From: an uncultured Bacteroidales bacterium
Lineage (GTDB): Bacteria > Bacteroidota > Bacteroidia > Bacteroidales > Paludibacteraceae
Length of the DNA stretch: 64,000 nucleotides
NCBI GenBank assembly: GCA_946185835.1
Contig: CAMHKW010000006.1
Location: 3,868 to 67,867 of the forward strand
Direction of reading: 5' to 3'
Positions 1 through 8,409 of this stretch are shown here, piece after piece (the stretch's first letter is position 1; each line of letters opens with the position of its first letter). The translations under genes were made by a program, and so were the position numbers. Below the pieces are notes generated by a model that had not been told where the DNA came from, did not search any database, and worked only from the letters and a program-made list of their open reading frames with translations.

Positions 1-124
1 CATCAAAGCACTGCAACAACACTCGTGGACCGGCAACATCCGAGAATTGCGAAACGTGGTCGAACGACTGATTATCCTTGCAGGCAACAACATCACAGCA
101 CAAGACGTAGAGACCTTTGCATAA
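1..124 (+). CDS. sigma-54-dependent AAA+ activator, C-terminal fragment (5' end outside window)
   Basis: Reading from nt 2 gives IKALQQHSWTGNIRELRNVVERLIILAGNNITAQDVETFA*. W-x-GN-I-REL-x-N is the sensor-II region of bEBP AAA+ domains. Stop TAA at 122-124. Confidence 0.7.
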   Translation, partial: IKALQQHSWTGNIRELRNVVERLIILAGNNITAQDVETFA

Positions 125-182
125 AATCTATAAAATCTAAAGCATCTATAAAAATCTACTAAAACTCAAACCAACTATAACT

Positions 183-1955
183 ATGAATTTTCGCTTTTCT
201 GCTATCGCTTTGTGCGTATGCTTTGCCGCCTGCGGCAACAGCACGACACAGAGTCAGACAACCGGCAGCACTACACCTTCCGACAAGTCAGCCAAGCAAG
301 CCTACGTAGCCTCTACGAGTGCCACTGCCGACGCTTTCTGTATCGACGACGACTCGGTATATTGCGCCTCACAACTCACTCGCGGCACACTGCTAAACAC
401 CTATCCGAAGAAAGCACGCAAGATAGGTGGCATACAATACGTTCCGGTAGATGCCGAAGAAGGTCATCTCTACCTCAGAGCCGACAACCTCGTCGACGCA
501 TTGGCTAAGAGTGTGCAAGAGTCGCAGATGTATGTGCGCACCGCCGCGTCCGTCATCGACAGTCTGCACAACTCACATATCTGCCATTTAGTCAAGAAAG
601 GCAGCACGGTCAGTATCGTAGGTTTCGACAGCCTCTGCCCCGATGGTAAGGTGCACCGCTACCTTGTAGAACAAGACGGCAAGCGCGGCTTCGTCTTCGC
701 CAAATACCTTGTGTCCGACAGCTTGTCGGCACAACTCAACTACCAAGCCTCATACTACGACTCTATCCATTCGCGCGTCAAGAACCAATATGGTGCGGGC
801 GAGGCTATCGGATGCGACTTCTACCCCGTCGAGCGCCCCGTCTTCAGTCACACCATGCCCAACCCCGTATACGCTCTCTACCTGAATATCGGAGCAGTGG
901 GACGTATCGACAGCTTCATCGACCTTGCCAAGCAGACACGCATCAACGCCATCGTCATTGACCTGAAAGACAACGAATGTCCGGGCTATCCTGCCGAGAC
1001 GTTCAGACGATACTCACCCACAAACCTCAAATGGGGTGGCAACAGCCGACGCACCGAACTGTATGAATATGCAGTACGTCGTCTGCACGAAGAGGGACTG
1101 TATGCCATCGGACGTATCACCGTGTTCAAAGACACCTATTTCGTTCGCGACAACCCCGAGGTCGCCATCACCGAGCGAGAGAAAGGTCAACCTTTCTACC
1201 ATAACAAAGCTCACTGGCCCAGCGCCTTCGACCGCCGTGTGTGGCAGTTTAACGTATGCCTCGCCCGCGAGGCAGTCAGACGGTTCGGCTTCGACGAGAT
1301 CAACTTCGACTACGTCCGTTTTCCCGACCGTATGCAGTCGGTGGCAGACCGCATCGACTATCACAACACCTACGACGAGTCGATGGTGCAAGCCATTCAG
1401 CGGTTCGTGCAGTATGCTACCGACGAGATTCACCTCGAGGGGGCTTACGTGTCAATCGACGTGTTCGGCGAGTCAGCCAACAAAGGGTACACCACGGCAT
1501 ACGGTCAGTACTGGCCTGCTATCAGCAACGTAGCTGACGCCATCTGCGCCATGCCCTACCCCGACCATTTCGCGCCCTACTCCTACGGCATCAAAGACCC
1601 GTGGAACCACCCTTACCACACCCTCACCCACTGGGGCGAACGCGCTGCTGCCCGACAACGACAATGTCCGACACCTGCCGTGCCACGAACATGGATACAG
1701 GCATACCACGTATTGAAATATGTCGACCGCAATGGTATCGACTACGACGCACATAACATCATGCAAGAGGTTCGGGCACTGTTCGATGCCGGACTGACAG
1801 GCGGATACACCACATGGCTGTCGAACTCGTCGCTGTCGCGCTACCGCTCTCAAAAGGCAGCTTTCAGCATCGACTACGTTGCCGACCACCAACAGCGCAA
1901 CGAAGCTAAACAAAACGCAACCGACACCACAAAAACCTCTGTATCTGCACAATAG
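183..1955 (+). CDS. lipoprotein, putative GHL-type TIM-barrel glycoside hydrolase (DUF4015-like)
   Basis: 590-aa ORF with lipobox signal MNFRFSAIALCVCFAAC. Motifs INAIVIDLKDNE and FDEINFDYVRFPD resemble the glycoside-hydrolase-like DUF4015 family (recalled from memory). Confidence 0.6.
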   Translation: MNFRFSAIALCVCFAACGNSTTQSQTTGSTTPSDKSAKQAYVASTSATADAFCIDDDSVYCASQLTRGTLLNTYPKKARKIGGIQYVPVDAEEGHLYLRADNLVDALAKSVQESQMYVRTAASVIDSLHNSHICHLVKKGSTVSIVGFDSLCPDGKVHRYLVEQDGKRGFVFAKYLVSDSLSAQLNYQASYYDSIHSRVKNQYGAGEAIGCDFYPVERPVFSHTMPNPVYALYLNIGAVGRIDSFIDLAKQTRINAIVIDLKDNECPGYPAETFRRYSPTNLKWGGNSRRTELYEYAVRRLHEEGLYAIGRITVFKDTYFVRDNPEVAITEREKGQPFYHNKAHWPSAFDRRVWQFNVCLAREAVRRFGFDEINFDYVRFPDRMQSVADRIDYHNTYDESMVQAIQRFVQYATDEIHLEGAYVSIDVFGESANKGYTTAYGQYWPAISNVADAICAMPYPDHFAPYSYGIKDPWNHPYHTLTHWGERAAARQRQCPTPAVPRTWIQAYHVLKYVDRNGIDYDAHNIMQEVRALFDAGLTGGYTTWLSNSSLSRYRSQKAAFSIDYVADHQQRNEAKQNATDTTKTSVSAQ

Positions 1956-2012
1956 CAAGCAGCTCACAGATAATACGATGCGGCTCAAAAGCCAAAATCA
2001 TAATAAATAGCG

Positions 2013-2044
2013 ATTGTATATTCCACACAAACACAGTAATTTTG
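2013..2044 (+). promoter_or_regulatory. Bacteroides-type promoter (-33/-7) for the TonB receptor gene
   Basis: aTTG(2013-2016)-N20-TAatTTTG(2037-2044), 32 nt before ATG 2077. Confidence 0.6.
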
Positions 2045-2076
2045 CACCCGCTTTTACAATCACTCTGTTAATTAAG

Positions 2077-4347
2077 ATGCGTCGGTTTCTACTTGTTTGC
2101 CTAATAGTCTCAGCCACGGTTGCCATGTCGGCAACTGCTACCGAGCCTTTAGAGTCGACTCTGAACGACACCATCGAGCAGATCGAGGTCACCGAAGCTC
2201 GTCTGAGTTCGATGCAGCAGAACCGCACCGTCTCATCGACATTCACCGGTCTGCGCCGATTCGATGACGAACATCTCGACGCAGCCAAAGACCTTGCCCC
2301 CCTCGTTCCTAATCTTCACATCCCCGACTATGGGTCACGCATGACCTCGTCGATATACGTTCGCGGTTTAGGTGCCCGAATGGACAACCCCGTGGTGGGT
2401 ATGTATATCGACGGCATCGGCATAGCCAATAAAAACGCATTCGACATCGACTTCATCGACATCCGTCGTGCCGACTTCTACCGCGGTCCGCAGGGCACTC
2501 TGTTCGGTCGCAACACCATAGGCGGCATGCTCAGTCTGCGCTCGCTCTCCGCTTTCGACTACCAAGGCACACGAGCCTCGGTGGGCTACGCCAACCACAA
2601 CGACGCCGACCTGAGGATAGCTCATTATGCGTTAGCAGGCGACAGGGTTGCTATCGCCGCCACCGTCAACTATCACCACACCGACGGTTTCTTTCGTAAC
2701 GTATACGACAACAGCCTGACCGACAGAGCCGACAACGCCGGGGCACGCCTCAAGACAGAATGGAGCGACAGAGAGAACAGCGTCAGTTACTCTAACATGC
2801 TGAGTTATAACTTCGTCAAACAGAACGGTTTTCCCTATCACCAAGTAGGCATGCCCGTCGACCACAACGACGAGTGCAGCTATCTGCGCCACAGCCTTAT
2901 CGAAGGCTTCAGCTTTAGTATGCCGATTGGTCAATACACACTACAAGGCACTACCTCGTATCAGATGCTCTACGACCGTATGCTCATGGACCAAGACTAC
3001 ACCCGGCTGAGTTACTTCACTTTGATGCAGCAACAGCAGGAGCATTTCGTGTCGCAAGAGCTGGTCTTCACCACCCCCACACTGACGAGCACAAGCGGGA
3101 AGACGGCATGGCATTCGCTGAGCGGCATCGCACTGAGCTATAAGTACAACGCCATGCATGCACCCGTCACCTTCCTGAGCGACGGCATCGACTCGCTGAT
3201 TCTGAAAAACGCCAACCAAGGCATAGTGAAAGCAGGGTTTCCTGAGGCACTTAAGATAGAACTCGAAGAAGAGCAGTTCGTCATCGACAGCCGTTTCAGG
3301 ACACATAACCTCAACGTCTCCGCTTTCCACACCTCGTATCTGCAATGGCAGCGCTGGCAACTCGAAGTCGGACTTAGAATAGACGTGGAGCATGCCCGCT
3401 TCAACTATGTGTCAGACGCGCTGATACACTATAACATCGACTACTCAGGCATTAGTCGGCGACCGGTTAACACCTCGCTCAACGGGCTGATACCACTCAC
3501 CTATGCCGAACTCATACCGCGCCTTGCCGTCAGCTACAACCGTCCGACATGGAACATATACGCTTCGATAGCAGAGGGTTACAAAGCAGGAGGCTTCAAC
3601 AACCAGCTGTTCTCCGACATATTGCAAAACCGGATGATGAACGACATGATGTCGGATATGGGCGTGCATTTTGCCACCACACAAGACTATAAAGTGTCGG
3701 AAGTGGTGACATATATGCCCGAGCGTTGTCTGACGTTCGAAGTAGGCTCGCATTTCAACCATGCCATAGAGTCGAACCACACCATCAAAGGCGGACTGAC
3801 GGCATACGAGCTTGAGGTGTTCAACCAGCAGCTGACCACCTTCCCCGAGCACGGCACCGGCAGGATGATGACCAACGCCGGCAGGAGCCGCAGCCTTGGC
3901 GCCGAAGCCGCCCTCGACTACACCTTCCGCCACCTACGAGTCAGCACCACCTATGGCTTCACACATGCCACTTTCGTAAACTACAACAACGGCAAGCAAG
4001 ACTTCGCCGGCAACTTCGTTCCATACGCCCCGCAACACACCGCCTCCTTAGGGCTCACTTACACCTTCAGCTTCGACCACGACATAGTTCATAACCTCGC
4101 ACTCAACGTCAACTCTAACGCCGTAGGACCCATCTATTGGGATGAAGCAAACAGCCTGAAGCAAAACTTCTACGCTCTGCTCAACGCCAATATCAACCTG
4201 CGGATGAAGTACGTCACACTGCAACTATGGGGCAAGAACCTGACCAACACCCGGTACGACGTCTTCCACTTTGTGTCGATGAGCAGACACTTCCTGCAAT
4301 CGGGCAAGCCGATACAATTCGGAGGCAAAATACTTTTGAATTTCTAA
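2077..4347 (+). CDS. TonB-dependent receptor
   Basis: Signal peptide MRRFLLVCLIVSATVAMSA begins at the internal ATG 2077, downstream of the promoter motif. Plug motifs IYVRGLG and FYRGPQGTLFGRNTIGG are present, and the ORF has the C-terminal beta-barrel ending LNF. Confidence 0.85.
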   Translation: MRRFLLVCLIVSATVAMSATATEPLESTLNDTIEQIEVTEARLSSMQQNRTVSSTFTGLRRFDDEHLDAAKDLAPLVPNLHIPDYGSRMTSSIYVRGLGARMDNPVVGMYIDGIGIANKNAFDIDFIDIRRADFYRGPQGTLFGRNTIGGMLSLRSLSAFDYQGTRASVGYANHNDADLRIAHYALAGDRVAIAATVNYHHTDGFFRNVYDNSLTDRADNAGARLKTEWSDRENSVSYSNMLSYNFVKQNGFPYHQVGMPVDHNDECSYLRHSLIEGFSFSMPIGQYTLQGTTSYQMLYDRMLMDQDYTRLSYFTLMQQQQEHFVSQELVFTTPTLTSTSGKTAWHSLSGIALSYKYNAMHAPVTFLSDGIDSLILKNANQGIVKAGFPEALKIELEEEQFVIDSRFRTHNLNVSAFHTSYLQWQRWQLEVGLRIDVEHARFNYVSDALIHYNIDYSGISRRPVNTSLNGLIPLTYAELIPRLAVSYNRPTWNIYASIAEGYKAGGFNNQLFSDILQNRMMNDMMSDMGVHFATTQDYKVSEVVTYMPERCLTFEVGSHFNHAIESNHTIKGGLTAYELEVFNQQLTTFPEHGTGRMMTNAGRSRSLGAEAALDYTFRHLRVSTTYGFTHATFVNYNNGKQDFAGNFVPYAPQHTASLGLTYTFSFDHDIVHNLALNVNSNAVGPIYWDEANSLKQNFYALLNANINLRMKYVTLQLWGKNLTNTRYDVFHFVSMSRHFLQSGKPIQFGGKILLNF

Positions 4348-4366
4348 TTTCTAATTTCTTATTTCC
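4339..4366 (+). repeat. 7-bp tandem array (AATTTCT)3 TATTTCC
   Basis: Spans the TonB-receptor stop (4345-4347) and ends at the ATG of the next gene (4367). Confidence 0.9.
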
Positions 4367-4846
4367 ATGAAAGTAAAGCTACTACTACTCTTAAGCTTAA
4401 CACTATTTTTCATGTTCACTTCGTGCGAGCAACCATACGAAAAAGAGCAGAGCGTTCACGAGGGCAACTTCAAAGGCAATGTCACTGTAATCAACGGTGA
4501 CGGAGAGGGCATCGACTACGTCAGAAACGACGTAGAAGCCGAGCTGACACTTAACACCGAGCGGCAGGGCACTTGCAACGTACTTCTGAAAAAAGTGAGT
4601 TTCTCGTCGAAGATGCCGGTGACTATTGACATGACAATAGCATATATCGACATCGACCAAGACGGCAACCTCAGCGGCGACAGCATAGTACCGTGGGCAG
4701 GGCTGTTCGGCGAGTACCCCAAATACACCATCCGAAACCTCAAGGGCAAGGTAAGCTACGACAGCGAAGGCTCACCGCTGACACTCGACATCGACATGAA
4801 ATGCGGCGAATACCCGACCAAGTACATCGGAACGTATATCAAATAG
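4367..4846 (+). CDS. small lipoprotein, calycin/lipocalin-like (uncertain)
   Basis: 159-aa ORF with lipobox LFFMFTSC. It lies 20 nt after the TonB receptor stop. The family assignment is by overall resemblance only. Confidence 0.5.
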   Translation: MKVKLLLLLSLTLFFMFTSCEQPYEKEQSVHEGNFKGNVTVINGDGEGIDYVRNDVEAELTLNTERQGTCNVLLKKVSFSSKMPVTIDMTIAYIDIDQDGNLSGDSIVPWAGLFGEYPKYTIRNLKGKVSYDSEGSPLTLDIDMKCGEYPTKYIGTYIK

Positions 4847-4875
4847 CAGCAAAAAGTATCGACAGTAACGCAAAA

Positions 4876-4907
4876 TTTGCGTAAATAAAAAAATATTCCT
4901 AAATTTG
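4876..4907 (+). promoter_or_regulatory. Bacteroides-type promoter for the LolA-like gene
   Basis: TTTG(4876-4879)-N20-TAaaTTTG(4900-4907). The -33 element lies inside the inverted repeat ACGCAAAATTTGCGT. Confidence 0.6.
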
Positions 4908-5004
4908 CATGGTTTTTGTGCTAACACAAAAGCTATGCATTTTTTGTTTAACCCGAAGCCTTGCCGACGGCAGTGTCGGAAGACAGATAAAACGACATAA
5001 TCAG

Positions 5005-5649
5005 ATGAAAAACAAAGTTAATATCTCTTGCACAACTCAGCTACTAAGTCTCGTTCTGCTTGTCTTGGCATGTCATGCCGAATTCGTCTCTGCCGACACA
5101 TTAGAACAGCGTATCCACCGTATAGCTCAACGCAACGGAGCCATGACGGCGCAGTTTTCCGAGACCAAGGTGCTACCCCGAATGAAGAAGACAACGACAA
5201 AGAAAGGCACGCTGTATTTCAAGACCGACAGCGAGAGTCTGCTGATGCGCTATAGCGACCCCGCAGGCGACTACACCCTCATCAAAGACGGTGTGATGTA
5301 CATCAAGAAAGGCGACAAACAGCAGAAGTTCTCGGGCAACAACCAAGCCGGCAAGATGGCAGTGCTCAAAAGCTCGCTGCTCAATGCTTTTGTGGGTGAC
5401 ATCGAAGCTATTGCCAAAGACAACAAAGCTACGGTGAAAGCCGAAGAGAGCAACACCCGTTACCGCTTTGTCATCACCCGCAAGAACGAACAAAAGCAAG
5501 GTATCAACCAACTCACCCTGCTCTACGACAAAGCCACCGGTGCACTGCTCATGCTTAAGATAGAAGAGGCTAACGGCAACTACACCACCTACGAGACTAC
5601 AGACCCCGACGTGAAGACCATTCTGTCGGACGACATATTCGAACTATAA
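5005..5649 (+). CDS. LolA-like outer-membrane lipoprotein carrier family protein
   Basis: Start taken at the internal ATG 5005 (MKNKVNISCTTQLLSLVLLVLACHA signal), downstream of the promoter at 4876-4907. Size and sequence style resemble LolA. Confidence 0.5.
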   Translation: MKNKVNISCTTQLLSLVLLVLACHAEFVSADTLEQRIHRIAQRNGAMTAQFSETKVLPRMKKTTTKKGTLYFKTDSESLLMRYSDPAGDYTLIKDGVMYIKKGDKQQKFSGNNQAGKMAVLKSSLLNAFVGDIEAIAKDNKATVKAEESNTRYRFVITRKNEQKQGINQLTLLYDKATGALLMLKIEEANGNYTTYETTDPDVKTILSDDIFEL

Positions 5650-5661
5650 AAACCACGCCCT

Positions 5662-7200
5662 ATGAAACGCACTGCTTTACTTGTGTTAGCCACACTGACC
5701 TGCCTCTTGGCTGCCGCCCAGATGCATAAACGTGAGATGCGGGGAGCATGGATTGCCACCGTCAGCAATATCGACTGGCCGTCGAAACAAGCCATCGGCA
5801 ACAGCGAGCTTCAACAGCAAGAGATGATTGACCTGCTCGACCGTCTGAAAGCAGTGGGCATCAACACCGTCATCTTTCAGGTTCGTCCCACTGCCGACGC
5901 TCTCTACCCCTCGGAGCTTGAGCCGTGGAGTCTGTGGCTGACGGGCAAACAGGGGCAAGACAACGACACGCCCTACGACCCGCTCGCCTTCGTGCTTGAA
6001 GAGGCACACCGACGCGCTATCGACGTGCATGTGTGGATCAACCCCTATAGGGTGACCAACCAGTTCGGAGTGCAAGACTTAGCATCAACACACTTGTATC
6101 ACCAACATCCTGAGTGGTTTTGGAAATACGGCAAGCAGTGGTATTTCGAGCCGGGGTTAGACCAGACGCGCGAGTTCTTGTGCCGAGTGGTGGCAGACCT
6201 CGTCCGTCGGTACGACATCGACGCCATACACATGGACGACTACTTCTACCCCTACCCCATCAAAGGCGAGAAGTTCCCCGATGCCGCGACCTTCAGCAAG
6301 TACCCTCGCGGCTTCGATAACATCGATGACTGGCGCCGCAACAACGTCAACCTTGCCATCCGTGACTTACACGATACCATACACTCTATCAAGCCATGGG
6401 TCGAGTTCGGCATCAGTCCGTTCGGCATCTGGCGTAACAAGAGCAACGACGAGCGCGGCAGCGAGACAAGCGGACTGCAGAACTACGACGAGCTGTACGC
6501 CGACATCCTGCTATGGCTCGAACAAGGCTGGATCGACTATGTGGTGCCGCAGTTATACTGGGAGATAGGCAAGCGTGTGGCTGACTACCAAGTGTTAGCG
6601 CCATGGTGGGCAGAGCATTGCTACTCGCGTAACTACTACGTGGGGCACTCGGTGAGCGGATTAAGTAACCCACGCGCCTCGGAGGCATGGCGCACACCCA
6701 ACGAGATATGCCGTCAGCTCGCACTGAACAACACCATCAGTCAGGTGCAAGGCTCGGTCTTCTTCCCCGCCACCGGACTGCTAAGAAACGCACAGGGCGT
6801 GTGCGACAGCCTGCGCAACAACTACTACCGCTACCCCGCCCTACACCCCATCAACTGCAATCAGCCCACCACTATAGCTTTGCAACCCACCAACCCTCGT
6901 CTTCAACTCGAAGGCAATGCCTACACCCTGAGTTGGGATAAGGTAGCAGCCACTGGTGCACAACAAGTCTCGTATTATGTGGTTTACGCCTTCCCCGAGT
7001 TCGAGAACACCGACTTCGACAACCCAAAAAACATAATAGCTCTGACAGCCGACAACACCATATCTCTTGCCATCGACCCGCGCGAATATCGCATCTGCAT
7101 CACCGCCGTCAACCGCTATAAGCAAGAGAGCTTGCCGTGCATCGTCGAGACACACAAAATATCGGCAGGCAACACCACAGTCACCAACACCGGATTCTGA
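5662..7200 (+). CDS. glycoside hydrolase-like family 10 (GHL10 / DUF187, YngK-like) protein
   Basis: 512-aa ORF with a signal peptide. The N-terminal motif REMRGAWIATVSNIDWPS is typical of the GHL10 TIM-barrel family. Confidence 0.7.
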   Translation: MKRTALLVLATLTCLLAAAQMHKREMRGAWIATVSNIDWPSKQAIGNSELQQQEMIDLLDRLKAVGINTVIFQVRPTADALYPSELEPWSLWLTGKQGQDNDTPYDPLAFVLEEAHRRAIDVHVWINPYRVTNQFGVQDLASTHLYHQHPEWFWKYGKQWYFEPGLDQTREFLCRVVADLVRRYDIDAIHMDDYFYPYPIKGEKFPDAATFSKYPRGFDNIDDWRRNNVNLAIRDLHDTIHSIKPWVEFGISPFGIWRNKSNDERGSETSGLQNYDELYADILLWLEQGWIDYVVPQLYWEIGKRVADYQVLAPWWAEHCYSRNYYVGHSVSGLSNPRASEAWRTPNEICRQLALNNTISQVQGSVFFPATGLLRNAQGVCDSLRNNYYRYPALHPINCNQPTTIALQPTNPRLQLEGNAYTLSWDKVAATGAQQVSYYVVYAFPEFENTDFDNPKNIIALTADNTISLAIDPREYRICITAVNRYKQESLPCIVETHKISAGNTTVTNTGF

Positions 7201-7205
7201 CGCTT

Positions 7206-8351
7206 ATGTTACTCAGCAAGATAGAGATAGTCAACTACCGCAACCTGCAAGACGTAAGGCTTGAGCTTGCTGCGAAGATCAACTGCTTCGTTGGTCTGAA
7301 CGGCATGGGCAAGACCAACCTGCTCGATGCCGTCTACCTTCTGAGTTTTACCAAGTCGAGTCTGACGAACCACGACGCCGAGTGTATCAGTCATGGCGAA
7401 CAGCTCGCCATGGTGAAGGGTACCTACCTAAGCAATGGCAGTGCCGACACCACCACTATCACCTGCGCCTTGCGACAGGGACGTAAGAAACAATTTCGTC
7501 ACGACGACAAAGACTACAAGCGTCTGATTGAGCATATAGGGCTCATCCCTTTAGTGCTGGTCTCGCCTGCCGACCAAGAGCTGATAGCAGAAGGCAGCGA
7601 GCAACGCCGTAGGTTTATGGACAGCGTAATCTCGCAATACGACCGCCATTATCTTGAGCAGCTCACACTCTATCAACAGCTGCTCCGCCAACGCAATGCC
7701 ATGCTCCGCCGCTGCGCCGACCAGCCACCTACCGACAGCGACAACGAGCTGTTCGACATAGTGGAGATGCAGCTTGCAGGAGCTGCCCAACATATATACA
7801 ACGGACGCAAACTGTTCTTGCAACAGTTCGAGCCATACTTCAACGATATCTATCAGTACATATCCGAAAAGAAAGAGACAGTAAGCCTGAAATATATCTC
7901 TCAGCTTGCTGACCGCGATATTAGCACCGCGCTACATTCCACACGCAGTCGAGACCTGATCTTAGGCTGGACGTCGCAAGGCATCCACAAAGACGACCTC
8001 GAGATGCTCATCGGCGGCTACCCCCTCAAGCAAGTTGGCAGTCAGGGGCAGCAGAAGACGTTTGTCCTCGCTCTGAAGCTTGCTCAAGCCACTTTCCTTG
8101 CCGAGCGCGACAACGACAACGGCATTCGGCAGACCGAGCTCGAACGCCCCATACTGCTGCTCGACGACATCTTCGACAAACTCGACGCTGAGCGCGTGGC
8201 ACGCATCGTCTCGATAGTATGCTCGTCGCGCTTCGGACAGATATTCATCACCGACACCGACCGTCAGCATATCGTCGACATCGTGGCTGACTATGCCGAA
8301 CAAAGTAAGATATTCGAAGTGAGCGGGGGAGAGGTGAGACCGCTGCGCTGA
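7206..8351 (+). CDS. recF: DNA replication and repair protein RecF
   Basis: MLLSKIEIVNYRNL start, Walker A GLNGMGKTNLLDA, and C-terminal LLLDDIFDKLD. The internal ATG 7206 was chosen; the upstream extension overlaps the previous gene. Confidence 0.9.
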   Translation: MLLSKIEIVNYRNLQDVRLELAAKINCFVGLNGMGKTNLLDAVYLLSFTKSSLTNHDAECISHGEQLAMVKGTYLSNGSADTTTITCALRQGRKKQFRHDDKDYKRLIEHIGLIPLVLVSPADQELIAEGSEQRRRFMDSVISQYDRHYLEQLTLYQQLLRQRNAMLRRCADQPPTDSDNELFDIVEMQLAGAAQHIYNGRKLFLQQFEPYFNDIYQYISEKKETVSLKYISQLADRDISTALHSTRSRDLILGWTSQGIHKDDLEMLIGGYPLKQVGSQGQQKTFVLALKLAQATFLAERDNDNGIRQTELERPILLLDDIFDKLDAERVARIVSIVCSSRFGQIFITDTDRQHIVDIVADYAEQSKIFEVSGGEVRPLR

Positions 8352-8379
8352 TAGAAGTGAGACCGCTGCGCTGTTAGAA
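8334..8379 (+). repeat. 23-bp tandem duplication including the recF 3' end and stop
   Basis: GTGAGACCGCTGCGCTG[A/T]TAGAA occurs twice. The first copy encodes ...VRPLR*. Confidence 0.9.
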
Positions 8380-8409
8380 TCAGATAATAGACTAAACATC
8401 ATAAACACA

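Noticed and set aside
4868-4884. Inverted repeat ACGCAAAATTTGCGT as a terminator for the calycin-like gene.
   Set aside because: The stem is short, it is followed by an A-run rather than a U-run, and it overlaps the -33 element of the next promoter. It is more likely part of the promoter or operator, so it is not called a terminator.
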